Below, piece after piece: positions 7,547 through 17,622 of a stretch of DNA of 64,000 nt. The stretch is from assembly GCA_964429815.1 (NCBI GenBank), contig CAYSCM010000001.1, forward strand, positions 164,240-228,239. The letters are read 5' to 3'. This DNA is from an uncultured Candidatus Saccharibacteria bacterium. GTDB lineage: Bacteria > Patescibacteriota > Minisyncoccia > Phycocordibacterales > CAYSCM01. The notes beneath the pieces were generated by a model, which worked only from the letters and a program-made list of their open reading frames with translations, ran no database searches and was not told where the DNA came from. The first letter of the stretch is position 1. Every line of letters starts with the position of its first letter. A program made the position numbers and the translations under genes.

Positions 7547-8177
7547 TCAGCTTTGGCGTTCAAATTCTTCCTTAAGCGACCTGAGGAAGTTTGAACTTAT
7601 GATGGCCATCGAAACCATGAGGCCGTACAGGATGATGAAAGTTGTCACGGTCCAAAACGCTGACAGTGTTTTGCCAAAGATGGCCATCCATAGAAAATAG
7701 AAGGCCATCACAGCTACGAGACCACTGCCAATGTCAAGGTTGCGTAGCGTCAGTGGCCGGACCCGGTCGCATTCTTCGAAATATTTTGGTTCGCATTGCC
7801 CTCGTACGTAGAAGCGCGTGATGATCGCTATGACGGCTGAGGCGGTCATACTGATATACCACAGGGGTTCCTTGCCTATCAGCCAGCGCAATCGACACAT
7901 ACTCAAGGATTCCTAGCAGGTACGGAAAGACCGCGTCGAGAAAACTTGGTGTTTTCCTCATAATTATTAGCCACCAAGTATATTCAGTTACCACCAGAAG
8001 TATTGCAAGTATTGCGGTCATGCCTTCTAACATGAGAACTGTTGAGGTTGGCGATTCAGCTATTTTTAGTACGAGTCCACCAAGGGCGACACTTTGAATT
8101 ACGCCGATCGAACTGAGATAAGACCCTGCAAACATTTCCTCGGAACGTCTTCTGAATTCCGCTGCGTTTAAAGGCAT
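7547..8177 (-). pseudogene. polytopic membrane protein, paralog 2, disrupted by a +1 frameshift
   Basis: Two overlapping track ORFs (7734..8177 and 7547..7906) together cover the full length of paralog 1. The junction is near 7873..7887, where CTGGCTG should be CTGCTG to read ...EYVSIAL-LIGKEPLWYI.... Confidence 0.55.
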
Positions 8178-8284
8178 CGATACCTCCTTAGATCAGATTC
8201 GGGGCAAGTTTACAGGAAATATTGTAAAAATCAATAAATGTGATATAACTGGCTTGAAAGTTCTACTTCTTATTGGAGGTATCC

Positions 8285-8392
8285 ATGGCCCGTGAATCCA
8301 AAGGTTTCTGGCAAACCTGGGAAGCTCCTATTGGGGCTGCACTTATGCTCCTGGTACCCGCCATAGTGTTGGTTCTACTCATCAAATGGTGA
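8285..8392 (+). CDS. small membrane peptide (35 aa), divergent from paralog 2
   Basis: MARESKGFWQTWEAPIGAALMLLVPAIVLVLLIKW. Shares the GFW..W motif plus TM with the peptide at 7315. Conserved upstream promoter-like sequence and downstream terminator. Confidence 0.4.
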   Translation: MARESKGFWQTWEAPIGAALMLLVPAIVLVLLIKW

Positions 8393-8449
8393 GGAAAACG
8401 AAACCAACTCGAAGAGGCCCGTCGCTTCAGCTGGGCCTTTTCTTTTTTA

Positions 8450-9157
8450 TTAAATCGATAAAATAAATTGCTCAAGCGCGACGGGGAGTTCGTGTTCTCC
8501 GCGACGAGCGTCGTGGTAGAGGCGGACAAGCTCGTGGGAGAGTGTCAAAAGCTCTTCTCGCGTGTAATTTTTCGCAAAACTATGTGCTTTTGAAAATACA
8601 AACGGCGAAAGCCCGCTCTCTTTGGCATTTTTCGAGGCGCTCGCGAGGAGCATCCCTTTCACGATCCAAAAGAGCATTCCGTGAAGCTGCTCCTCCTCGG
8701 CGCCGGTTGCCCGCGCCTTTTGATACAAGACCCAGGCATTTTTCCGATCACGGCGACCGAGGGCGTCAGTGAACGCAAACACGTCAAACGATTCCTTCTT
8801 TCCCTTCGGCAACTCAACGATTTCTACTTTTTCTGCATGCCTTTCGATCTTTTTTTTAAGTTCGGCCTTGGGTTTGCTCTGAAGCACGATAAAAATATTT
8901 TCCGACTGCGCAAAATCAGCGATCTTCTCAGCAACAGACCCATCGGCCTCCTCTAAAAGTTCATCGAGGACAATCACAATTTTGTCGTGAAAGAGGTCCT
9001 GCGCACCCGCGTATTCTTCAAGCCTTCCGCTCTCAAGATCCTCGGGGGTTATGCGCACGATGGATGGCTCATCGTAGCGACGACTCAGCCCTTCGGTGAG
9101 GGTATCGAGTTTTTCGAGCGCTTTCGCACGGTCATTGCCAATAATTGCGTAGAACAT
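8450..9157 (-). CDS. DNA polymerase III delta subunit-like protein (short HolA candidate)
   Basis: The N-terminus MFYAIIGNDRAKALEKL resembles the delta-subunit LLYGxxxxL start. 235 aa. Weak call. Confidence 0.4.
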   Translation of the reverse strand: MFYAIIGNDRAKALEKLDTLTEGLSRRYDEPSIVRITPEDLESGRLEEYAGAQDLFHDKIVIVLDELLEEADGSVAEKIADFAQSENIFIVLQSKPKAELKKKIERHAEKVEIVELPKGKKESFDVFAFTDALGRRDRKNAWVLYQKARATGAEEEQLHGMLFWIVKGMLLASASKNAKESGLSPFVFSKAHSFAKNYTREELLTLSHELVRLYHDARRGEHELPVALEQFILSI

Positions 9158-9158
9158 A

Positions 9159-9581
9159 CTAGTAGCAAAGATTTATACACTCTTCCAAATCACCAATAAG
9201 TGGCAGACCCTTTGCCGCCGTTGGCTTAACCCAGCGAAATGCTTTGTGAGATTTCGGATCGATAACAATCTCTTCGGAGGGAGCACGGAGCTTATACATG
9301 TGATAGCAAAAATCGTACTCCGGATACGAAACAAAGACTTCCTGTATAAACTGCAGAGCATCGCCCGGCACGATCATGCCCGTCTCTTCCTTAAGCTCAC
9401 GCCTCAGTGCGTCGACGATTGATTCTCCCTTTTCTCGCTTGCCGGCAGGAACGCCCCAGGTGTTTCCTTGGGGCTTAGTATCCTGCCGCAGGAGGAGTAA
9501 AATTTTTCCCCTGTTTTCCACAAAACAAGAGACAACATCAAAGAGAGGGTCGAATGTTTTTGGTTTTTCTATATAGAGCAT
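9159..9581 (-). CDS. NUDIX hydrolase
   Basis: Nudix box GKREKGESIVDALRRELKEETG. Confidence 0.8.
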   Translation of the reverse strand: MLYIEKPKTFDPLFDVVSCFVENRGKILLLLRQDTKPQGNTWGVPAGKREKGESIVDALRRELKEETGMIVPGDALQFIQEVFVSYPEYDFCYHMYKLRAPSEEIVIDPKSHKAFRWVKPTAAKGLPLIGDLEECINLCY

Positions 9582-11989
9582 CAGAGTTTAATTTTTTGAA
9601 GCTCTCCCCACGAGCGACCACTGTGCGGCACTGCTTCAAAAAGAATGCCGCTTGTTTCTTTGCGAGGAAGAATGTTTTCCATTACTTCTTTAATTGCCTT
9701 TGCGATTGCCTTTACTTTTTTTTCTTCAACTTCGTAGACCAATTCATCGTGCACCTGAAGAAGAAGGTGCGCTGCACTGGCTTCCCCCATATCCTTAAGC
9801 TTCTCCTCCCCTTTGATCATGGCGAGCTTTACGATATCGGCCTCCGTTCCCTGGATGGGGGCATTTATGGCCATGCGTTCGGCTTGTGCGCGGATATAGG
9901 GAAGCGGTGATTTGAGCCCGGCAAAATAGCGTCGGCGACCGTAGTAGGTCTCAGTATAGCCCTTACGCTCTGCATCGGCCTTGGTGTGGTCGAGGTAGCG
10001 CGCAAGAGTCGCAAAGTTTTTGAAATATTCGTTGAGAAACTTCTGCGCTTCAGCGCGGTCGGTGCCGAGGTTAGCGCGAAGCGCATTGACGCCCATACCG
10101 TAGAGAATGCCGAAGTTGATGACCTTTGCACGACGGCGCATTTCATAGTCCACCTGCTCCTCGGGAACATTAAACACCTGCGCCGCGACTACTGCGTGGA
10201 CATCCCTCCCCGAGCGGAAAATATCGGTGAGCTTTTCATCCCCCGAGAGCCATGCCGCAATGCGAAGCTCGATTTGTGAATAGTCGAAGGTGAGCAGTTT
10301 ATAGCCGGATGGAGCGATGAACGCATGGCGTATCGCGCGCCCTAAATCGCTACGTATCGGTATGTTTTGAAGACCAGGATCCTTGGTGGCCATACGACCC
10401 GTGGCGGACCCGGCTTGAAGAAAGGTCGTATGAATGCGACTTTCCCTGTCGGCAAGCTCGGGCATGGCATCGATGTAGGTGCCGAGGAGTTTGGCGAGTT
10501 CACGGTACGAGAGAATTTCGCCAATGATCGCGTGCTCCTCGCGAAGCTTCTCGAGTTCCGATTCCTTGGTCGTGCGCTGTCCTCCTGCGGTTTTCTTGTG
10601 ATTCTTGAGCGCGAGGCCGAGCTTGTCGAAGAGAATGACGCCGAGCTGCCGCGGCGAGTTAATGTTAAATTCCTCGCCCGCGAGTTTGTAGATCTTCTTG
10701 CCGAGCGTGTCGAGCTCGTGGTGGTACTCCTTTGAAAGTTTTTTGAGGTACGGGATATCAATAAGAACACCGCGCGCCTCCATCTTCTCAAGAATCGGTA
10801 TGAGCGGCTCTTCGATTTCTTTGTATACCTTCTCGAGCTTTTGTTTTTTGAGCTCCGTAAAGATTTTTTCCTTGGCCTCCGAAAATTTTTTCGTCTTACC
10901 GTAGAGAAGGATGTCATCAAGTGTAGGATTGGTGATGTCGGAGTTGAGGAGCCACAGCGCAACCGCCGCGCGCTTTCGCTCGCCTGCCGCAACTTCTTCG
11001 GGAGCCTCTAGAGAGCCCTCCTCTGCCCCAGCCCCGTTGGTGAGGTCGAGCGTTTTGGTGCCGAAGAGCCCTTTTGCACGGGCAACGAGCGAGCGGAATT
11101 CGAAATCAGAGAGGGTGCGCGCAACCGTATCGAGGTCGAGATTTTCTCGGAAGGATTTTTCAGGAAGCTTCCAGGCGATCGGCGCATCGCGATGAATGGT
11201 CGCGAGCATTTTGCTAAACTGCGCCTCCTCCTCGTTCTCTTTCAAGATCTCTTGAATGCGCGGTGTTATGCCCACCTTGGAAAATTTGTCCGCAGATTTT
11301 TTGTCTTTGAGCGCCTTATAAACGCCGTCGACGGTGCCAAAATTTTTGATAAGTGCTGTTGCGGTCTTCTCCCCGATGCCGCGCACGCCCACAATGTTGT
11401 CAGAGGGATCACCACGGAGCCCTTTATAGTCGGGAAGTTGCTCCGGCGAGAAGCCGAAACGCTCCACGACCGCGTCCTCATCGTAAAAGACTGTATCCTG
11501 GAGCCCTTTGCGCAGCGTAAAGACGCGCACGCGAGAGGTATCGACAAGCTGAAGCGTATCCATATCACCGGAGGCAATGACTACGTCGAGATTTTTCTCC
11601 TTCTTTAATTTTTCAGACAGTGTACCGAGAATGTCATCGGCCTCGAATCCTTCTTTTTCATAGATCGGAATCCCGAACGCCTCGAAAATCTCCCGCGAGC
11701 GCTTAATCTGAGAAATGAGGGCGGGATCGAGCTTCGGGCGCTTCGCTTTGTATTCCTTGTACGCCTCATGACGATAGGTGGGGCCCGGAAGATCGTAGGC
11801 GGCGACGATGTAGTCGGGTTTGAGCTCGGAGACGATACGCATCAAAAATGCCGCAAGCCCGTAGAGCGCACCCGTCGGCTCGCCTCTGCTCGTCGTGAAC
11901 TCCGGAAGGGCGTGGAAGGCGCGGTGGATGATGGCGTGCGTATCGAGGAGAACAATGCGTTTTTTTTCTTTTTTAGCGGTTTTCGGCAT
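9581..11989 (-). CDS. polA: DNA polymerase I (5'-3' exonuclease plus polymerase domains)
   Basis: IVLLDTHAIIHRAF 5' nuclease start. Polymerase motifs RRRAKVINFGILYG and LLQVHDELVYE. Start chosen at MPKTAKKEKK (ATG 11989); the track extends to 12070 with a non-native leader that would overlap tsaE. Confidence 0.9.
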   Translation of the reverse strand: MPKTAKKEKKRIVLLDTHAIIHRAFHALPEFTTSRGEPTGALYGLAAFLMRIVSELKPDYIVAAYDLPGPTYRHEAYKEYKAKRPKLDPALISQIKRSREIFEAFGIPIYEKEGFEADDILGTLSEKLKKEKNLDVVIASGDMDTLQLVDTSRVRVFTLRKGLQDTVFYDEDAVVERFGFSPEQLPDYKGLRGDPSDNIVGVRGIGEKTATALIKNFGTVDGVYKALKDKKSADKFSKVGITPRIQEILKENEEEAQFSKMLATIHRDAPIAWKLPEKSFRENLDLDTVARTLSDFEFRSLVARAKGLFGTKTLDLTNGAGAEEGSLEAPEEVAAGERKRAAVALWLLNSDITNPTLDDILLYGKTKKFSEAKEKIFTELKKQKLEKVYKEIEEPLIPILEKMEARGVLIDIPYLKKLSKEYHHELDTLGKKIYKLAGEEFNINSPRQLGVILFDKLGLALKNHKKTAGGQRTTKESELEKLREEHAIIGEILSYRELAKLLGTYIDAMPELADRESRIHTTFLQAGSATGRMATKDPGLQNIPIRSDLGRAIRHAFIAPSGYKLLTFDYSQIELRIAAWLSGDEKLTDIFRSGRDVHAVVAAQVFNVPEEQVDYEMRRRAKVINFGILYGMGVNALRANLGTDRAEAQKFLNEYFKNFATLARYLDHTKADAERKGYTETYYGRRRYFAGLKSPLPYIRAQAERMAINAPIQGTEADIVKLAMIKGEEKLKDMGEASAAHLLLQVHDELVYEVEEKKVKAIAKAIKEVMENILPRKETSGILFEAVPHSGRSWGELQKIKL

Positions 11990-12419
11990 AGGAAATAGCG
12001 ATGTCGCGCGTGTGCTCATCGACAAAGGTAAAGGTGATGCGGTGCATTTCCTTCGGGAGCACTTCCGCAACCCGCTCAGGCCACTCTATCAAAATGAGAT
12101 TCTTCGGATCCGACAGAATTTCCTTCCACCCAAGTACCGCAAGCTCCTCTCCCCTCTCAAGACGATAGGCATCGATGTGGATGAGTCGATCGAAGGGGCG
12201 CTTTTCAAGCTTGTATATTTTTTCAATGACGAAGGTGGGGCTCGTGACGGACTCCTCTACGCCGTAGGCTTTCGCGATGAGTTGCACAAACGCCGTCTTT
12301 CCCGAGCCGAGCTGTCCCGAGAGACCGACGACCGTGGCACCGCCCTCTCGCGGCATAAGGAGCTGTAAAAAATTGCGCGCTATGTGGTCGGTTTCCTGGA
12401 GGCTGTCCGAGCGCTTCAT
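11973..12419 (-). CDS. tsaE: tRNA threonylcarbamoyladenosine biosynthesis protein TsaE
   Basis: P-loop GLSGQLGSGKTAFVQ, TSPTF and IHIDAYR motifs. Overlaps the polA start by 17 nt. Confidence 0.75.
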   Translation of the reverse strand: MKRSDSLQETDHIARNFLQLLMPREGGATVVGLSGQLGSGKTAFVQLIAKAYGVEESVTSPTFVIEKIYKLEKRPFDRLIHIDAYRLERGEELAVLGWKEILSDPKNLILIEWPERVAEVLPKEMHRITFTFVDEHTRDIAISYAENR

Positions 12420-12435
12420 AGGGGTAATCTTCCAC

Positions 12436-12475
12436 CAAAAGGCAAAAGAAGACAAAAGCGAAAACAAAAGGGCGC
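12436..12475 (-). terminator. rho-independent terminator for the lipoprotein gene
   Basis: Minus strand AAGGGCGCGCCTCCGGCGCGCCCTT followed by a T-rich run. Confidence 0.5.
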
Positions 12476-12509
12476 GCCGGAGGCGCGCCCTTGATAAAAG
12501 AAGAGGGAG

Positions 12510-13001
12510 TTAAAGTTGGATATCCTTCTCCCTCTGGGGAGCCGGATCCGCAACGGGCGGCGTCGGTGCGTCTTCGGAGGTGGGAGGGGGCGGTTCGAAC
12601 TTGGGGACCACCCTCTTATCCGCTGGTGGCGCCTCGAAACGCGGTCGCGCTTCGGGCTCCCCCACGAACGGGATCCGCGGCTCTTCGAGCCGCGGATAGA
12701 ACCGCTGTGTGAAGCAGCTCTGGTTCCACCCACGGTTCGTGGCGGTGTCGTAACGCCGATTCCCTCGTTCGTCGAACCAACGGTTCGACGAACGGTTGTA
12801 GTTTTGGTAATCAGTACATTCCCCGCGGCGGTAGCTATCGCCGCGCCACGCTTCGTAGTCCCTCGTGATGGAGTTGGAGAAGCTCGTATTGGAAGAAACG
12901 AGCCATCCCTGATCCATCAGAAAGCCGTCGACCTGCTGGTCGAAGCCGCTGCACGCGCCGAGCAAAAGCGCGACGAGTGCGAGACAGAGAGTGCGAATCA
13001 T
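12510..13001 (-). CDS. lipoprotein (lipobox LLGAC), Arg/Trp-rich
   Basis: MIRTLCLALVALLLGACSG.... The ATG overlaps the stop of the upstream small ORF (ATGA). Confidence 0.55.
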   Translation of the reverse strand: MIRTLCLALVALLLGACSGFDQQVDGFLMDQGWLVSSNTSFSNSITRDYEAWRGDSYRRGECTDYQNYNRSSNRWFDERGNRRYDTATNRGWNQSCFTQRFYPRLEEPRIPFVGEPEARPRFEAPPADKRVVPKFEPPPPTSEDAPTPPVADPAPQREKDIQL

Positions 13002-13276
13002 CGATCGTCTCCTTCGAGGTCGAGGCCTGGCGCGAACTCCGCTTGGAACTGCTGCTCGGCGCGGTTGTAGAAGCCGTTGTCCTTCGGCAGCGGCGGGCGA
13101 CGTTCCATTGTAAGTTTCCTGCGTAAGCGCTTGAGGCGCCGTGCGGAGAACTTCTCGAACTCCTTCCGCCGCCTCGCCCGAATAAGGGGTGAGTAGGAGA
13201 TGGAGTCGAGAACGCGTTCCATATTTTCCTGCTTGCTCATGTGAGCCTCCACTCTGCAAAGAAAAATCTGAGTCAA
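12998..13276 (-). CDS. small basic Arg-rich protein
   Basis: Apparently translationally coupled to the lipoprotein gene through the ATGA overlap. No family recognised. Confidence 0.35.
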   Translation of the reverse strand: MTQIFLCRVEAHMSKQENMERVLDSISYSPLIRARRRKEFEKFSARRLKRLRRKLTMERRPPLPKDNGFYNRAEQQFQAEFAPGLDLEGDDR

Positions 13277-13289
13277 CTAATAGCACATC

Positions 13290-15020
13290 TTGGCAATTTT
13301 GTCAATAATCCCCTTGGTGCGACCCTCGAAGCGCGCTACGATTAGGAGAATGGCTGTTTTCAATGAGGATAAGGAGCTCCGGAAGCTCTCCGAGCTCCGG
13401 AGCAAAGAGGAAGAGGACCTCGCGCAGCTTCTCTCCCAGAAGTACGGCACGCTCTACGCGGACCTCACGCGCATGTCCATCAATACCGATGCCCTGCGTC
13501 TCATCAAGGAGACGGATGCGCGGGGCGGAAACATCGCCGCTTTTGCGATGGTGGGCAAGAAGCTCTCGGTCGCGGTAAAAAGCCCCCAGACGCTAAAGGT
13601 CGCGGAAATCCTCGAGGAGCTTAAAAAGCGGGGTTTCCTGGTAGACCTCTACATGGTCTCGATGCGAAGCCTCGAGCGCGCGTTTGAGCATTACAAAGAC
13701 CTCTCCTTCGCCACCGAGACCAAGGCGGGGGTGCTCGACATCTCTGGGGAGGAAATCCATCGGCTCCTCGCGGCCATCAAGAGCCTTGCCGACGCCAAGG
13801 GCCAGATCGAAGAACTCCTAAAACAGAAGAAGCTCTACCGCATCAGCCGCATCCTCGAAACGGTGCTTGCCGGCGGCCTCTCGACCGACGCCTCCGACGT
13901 CCACATCGAGCCGCAGGAGGCTGACGTACGTCTGCGGTTCCGCCTCGATGGCGTCCTCACCGACGTTCTCACCTTCGATCGCGAGACATATCAGCTCCTC
14001 CTCTCGCGCATAAAGCTCCTCTCCGGACTCAAATTGAACATCAAAGACGCCGCTCAGGACGGGCGCTTTTCAGTAAAGATAGAAGGGAGCGATATCGAAG
14101 TGCGCACTTCGATACTTCCGGGCGCGTACGGCGAGTCGATAGTGCTGCGCATCTTAAACCCCAACACGATAGGCGTCCCCATGGAGGAGCTCGGCATTCC
14201 AAAAAATCTCCACGTAATTTTGGAGCGAGAAATACGAAAGCCGAACGGCATGATACTCAACACCGGCCCCACGGGCTCGGGCAAAACGACGACGCTCTAC
14301 GCGTTCATGAAAAAGATCCACACGCCCGACATCAAGATAGTCACCATCGAGGACCCCATCGAATACCACCTTAAAGGTGTCGTGCAGACGCAGGTCGAGC
14401 CCAAGTCTTACACGTTCGCGCAGGGGTTGCGCAGCGCGCTGCGCCAAGACCCGGACGTCATTATGATCGGCGAAATTCGCGACGAGGAGGTCGCGGGGGT
14501 CGCCATCAACTCCTCCCTCACCGGACATCTGGTGTTCTCAACGCTCCACACCAACGACGCCGCCGGCGCATTCCCCCGCCTCATCGACCTCGACGTAAAC
14601 CCGAAAATTATCGGCTCGGCGGTCAACATCGTGATGGCGCAGCGCCTCGTGCGGCGGCTCTGTGAGCAGTGTCGAAGAGAAGTGAAGCTCACGGGAGAAG
14701 ACAAAAAACTCATCGAGGAAACCCTCAAAGGCATTGTCGACTCTTCGCTCGTGCCGAAAGAAAAACCGACCGCCTGGGAGGCGGTTGGCTGCGAGGCCTG
14801 TAACGGGAGCGGCTACCGAGGGCGCATCGGCATTTTCGAGGCGATCATCATGGATAAAGGCATCGAAGATAGAGTGGCTGCCTCGGCAAGCGAGCGTGAA
14901 CTAGCCGCGGAAGCGCGTCGACAGAAGATTCTTTCGATGAAAGAGGACGGCGTGCTTAAAGTTCTCTCGGGCGTAACGACGCTTCCCGAGCTTGAGCGAG
15001 TCATCGAAATCCGCGATTAG
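13290..15020 (+). CDS. pilB: type II/IV secretion system ATPase, PilB/GspE family
   Basis: Walker A GPTGSGKTTT, Asp box, Walker B VIMIGEIRD, His box, and tetracysteine CEQC...CEAC. No pilC or pilM adjacent. The start may instead be the internal Met at 13350. Confidence 0.85.
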   Translation: MAILSIIPLVRPSKRATIRRMAVFNEDKELRKLSELRSKEEEDLAQLLSQKYGTLYADLTRMSINTDALRLIKETDARGGNIAAFAMVGKKLSVAVKSPQTLKVAEILEELKKRGFLVDLYMVSMRSLERAFEHYKDLSFATETKAGVLDISGEEIHRLLAAIKSLADAKGQIEELLKQKKLYRISRILETVLAGGLSTDASDVHIEPQEADVRLRFRLDGVLTDVLTFDRETYQLLLSRIKLLSGLKLNIKDAAQDGRFSVKIEGSDIEVRTSILPGAYGESIVLRILNPNTIGVPMEELGIPKNLHVILEREIRKPNGMILNTGPTGSGKTTTLYAFMKKIHTPDIKIVTIEDPIEYHLKGVVQTQVEPKSYTFAQGLRSALRQDPDVIMIGEIRDEEVAGVAINSSLTGHLVFSTLHTNDAAGAFPRLIDLDVNPKIIGSAVNIVMAQRLVRRLCEQCRREVKLTGEDKKLIEETLKGIVDSSLVPKEKPTAWEAVGCEACNGSGYRGRIGIFEAIIMDKGIEDRVAASASERELAAEARRQKILSMKEDGVLKVLSGVTTLPELERVIEIRD

Positions 15021-15301
15021 TCAATTGAAATAGCCGCGTGGAAAGAGTAGCGTAAGGGAAGAGTTGAGAGCGCAACCCCCTAAGCAATACTTCTTCAACA
15101 TAAGCGAAGAAGTTGGAAACCTATCTAAGGATAGTCTCCGTACGCGCCATAAAGGGCGACCGAGGCGTCCTCGATTGGCACCAGAAAGCCTAAGAGACCT
15201 ATTGTTTAGGGGGCTGTGAGCTCAACTCGCGCACGTTTTAAAAATACTTTCGCAAACGTATCGAAATCTGCGTGAAAAGACTCTAGCACGATATTAATAT
15301 T

Positions 15302-16342
15302 ATGTCAAGTAAGCGGGGCGCAGCAGAAAGCGGAAACCCCTCCCCCAAGGAGGAACGCCATCTCGACCAAACGCTACGGCCGACGAAGTTTTCCGAGTAC
15401 ATCGGCCAGAAGGCCGTTATGGAAAACCTCCGCATTCTCCTCACCGCGGCCAAGGAGCGCGAGCACCCACCGGAGCACCTTCTCTTTTATGGCCCACCGG
15501 GTCTTGGGAAGACGACGCTCGCACACCTCGTTGCCAAGGAGCTTGGCGTCGGATTTAAGACGACCTCAGGACCGGCGATTGAAAAGGTGGGCGATCTGGC
15601 CGCTATTCTCTCCAACCTCACGCCAAACGATATTCTCTTTATTGATGAGGTTCACCGCCTCAACAAAGCCATCGAAGAGGTCCTCTACCCCGCAATGGAA
15701 AGCGGCGTGCTTGACATCATTATAGGTAAAGGCCCCTCCGCGCGCACCATTCAACTGGAACTTCCTCCGTTCACACTCGTCGCGGCAACAACCCGCATCG
15801 CCGATCTCTCTGCCCCGCTGCGCTCTCGCTTTTCAGGCGGCATGTTCCGACTTGAGTTTTATACAGAAAAAGAAATCGAGGAGATTCTCGCGCGCTCGGC
15901 AGGCATTTTAGGGATCGCGCCTTCGCGGGAGTCACTCGCTGCGATCGCTTCACGCGCTCGCGCGACACCACGTACGGGCAACTACCTACTCAAGCGCGCC
16001 CGCGACTTCGCGCAGGTGCATAAGCGCGACCTCACGCCGCAGCTTGTCGCCGAAGCGCTCAACCTCCTCGGTATCGACGAGCTTGGTCTCACTCCGGCCG
16101 ATCGGCACGTGCTCACTACCCTCATCGATAAGTTTGGTGGGGGTCCTGTGGGACTTTCGACGATCGCTGCAGCAACCAGCGAAGAGGAGGCGACTATCGA
16201 GGAAGTCTACGAACCCTACCTTATTCAATTGGGACTTCTTGAGCGCACGCCGCGAGGGCGCAGGACCACAGCTCAGGGAGCCGCTCACATCGAAAAAGCG
16301 GCTCCGCGAGGGCGGCGCATGGGTCAGGGGAAGTTGGTGTAA
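15302..16342 (+). CDS. ruvB: Holliday junction ATP-dependent DNA helicase RuvB
   Basis: LLFYGPPGLGKTTLAHL Walker A. Sensor and arginine finger present. Confidence 0.9.
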   Translation: MSSKRGAAESGNPSPKEERHLDQTLRPTKFSEYIGQKAVMENLRILLTAAKEREHPPEHLLFYGPPGLGKTTLAHLVAKELGVGFKTTSGPAIEKVGDLAAILSNLTPNDILFIDEVHRLNKAIEEVLYPAMESGVLDIIIGKGPSARTIQLELPPFTLVAATTRIADLSAPLRSRFSGGMFRLEFYTEKEIEEILARSAGILGIAPSRESLAAIASRARATPRTGNYLLKRARDFAQVHKRDLTPQLVAEALNLLGIDELGLTPADRHVLTTLIDKFGGGPVGLSTIAAATSEEEATIEEVYEPYLIQLGLLERTPRGRRTTAQGAAHIEKAAPRGRRMGQGKLV

Positions 16343-16384
16343 GCCTAGTTGAACGAGAGAGGAATTTCCGTATACTCTATTGCC

Positions 16385-16915
16385 ATGAGCGGACACAGTA
16401 AGTGGGCCAAAATTAAGCACAAAAAAGCCATAACTGACGCTAAGAAAAGTAAGGCGTTTGGGAAGATTGTGCGTTTTCTTACCGTTGAATCAAAAAAGGC
16501 GAAGGGCGATGTAAACGCCCCAGGCCTTCGCGTTGCCATTGAAAAAGCAAAGGCCAACAATGTGCCCGGCGATACCATTGAGCGAGCTATTTCTAAGGGT
16601 AAAACCGATACCGGAGCGATTATGAATGAGGTCACCTTCGAAGCATACGGCCCGGGAGGGGTAGCTCTCATCATCGAAGGACTTACCGACAACAATAACC
16701 GCACCAGCCAGGAGGTAAAGCAGGTGCTTAGCAAGAACGGCTCCTCACTTGCTGCACAAGGAAGCGCCAGTTGGGCATTTTCCCGTGAAGGGCGCGAGTG
16801 GAAACCTTCGACCATGGTTTCCATTTCGGAAGAAGACGGCGGAAAACTGGAAAACCTCGTCGACGCACTCGAAGATCTCGACGACATCCAGGAGGTATAC
16901 ACGAACGCGGAGTAA
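16385..16915 (+). CDS. YebC/PmpR-family transcriptional regulator (short form)
   Basis: MSGHSKWAKIKHKKAITDAKK is the canonical YebC N-terminus. Confidence 0.8.
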   Translation: MSGHSKWAKIKHKKAITDAKKSKAFGKIVRFLTVESKKAKGDVNAPGLRVAIEKAKANNVPGDTIERAISKGKTDTGAIMNEVTFEAYGPGGVALIIEGLTDNNNRTSQEVKQVLSKNGSSLAAQGSASWAFSREGREWKPSTMVSISEEDGGKLENLVDALEDLDDIQEVYTNAE

Positions 16916-16917
16916 TC

Positions 16918-17391
16918 ATGCGCGTCATTGCCATAGACCCCGGATATGATCGCTGTGGAGTCGCGATACTCGAAAGGGCAGCGAAGGGAGAGGCGCTTCT
17001 CTTTTCGACGTGCGTAACGACCTCAAAAGAAAAACCCTTCATCGAACGCCTCGGTGAGGCCGTCGGCGCCGTGAAGCGGCTCATCAGTGCGCACCGCCCT
17101 TCCGAGATGGCTCTGGAGAAGCTTTTTTTCAATAAAAATCAAAAGACCGCGATGATGGTCGCCGAGGTGCGCGGCGCGCTCATTGAGCTCGCTCGCGGAA
17201 ACGACCTCCCCGTTTCCGAGTACACGCCTGGCGAGATCAAGGTAGCGGTGACCGGAGACGGGCGCGCGGACAAGCGGCGCGTCGCACGTATGACGCAGGT
17301 GCTTTTGAAACTCGACGGACACAAACGGCTCGACGATGAGTATGACGCTATGGCAGTCGGCATCACGCACCTCTCGCGACGCCGTCGCTAG
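16918..17391 (+). CDS. ruvC: crossover junction endodeoxyribonuclease RuvC
   Basis: MRVIAIDPGYDRCGVAIL with the catalytic Asp. 158 aa. Confidence 0.85.
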   Translation: MRVIAIDPGYDRCGVAILERAAKGEALLFSTCVTTSKEKPFIERLGEAVGAVKRLISAHRPSEMALEKLFFNKNQKTAMMVAEVRGALIELARGNDLPVSEYTPGEIKVAVTGDGRADKRRVARMTQVLLKLDGHKRLDDEYDAMAVGITHLSRRRR

Positions 17392-17490
17392 CGTTATCCA
17401 CACCAAAATGCCCCTCGTCTTGCCTGTAGGAATCGGGCTGTGCTAACAATGAGGTGCATAGGCTTAGCAGTTAATTTCACGGGCGCATCG

Positions 17491-17613
17491 TATGCGTGAC
17501 GATAGGGAAAAAGAAGAGGGCGAAGAGACGGAGGAAGGGCTGGGCGAGGAAGGTGCCGACGACGGCGAGGATGAAGATGAGGAAACTCTCCTCGATGAAG
17601 GCGATGAGATATA
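17491..17613 (+). CDS. small highly acidic peptide (40 aa, Glu/Asp-rich)
   Basis: MRDDREKEEGEETEEGLGEEGADDGEDEDEETLLDEGDEI. Ends right at a strong terminator. Could be non-coding. Confidence 0.25.
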
Positions 17614-17622
17614 AAAACGAAA

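Noticed and set aside
11990-12070. N-terminal extension of polA to 12070
   Set aside because: It would overlap tsaE by about 100 nt and adds a non-conserved leader. MPKTAKKEKK at 11989 fits the PolA 5'-nuclease start.
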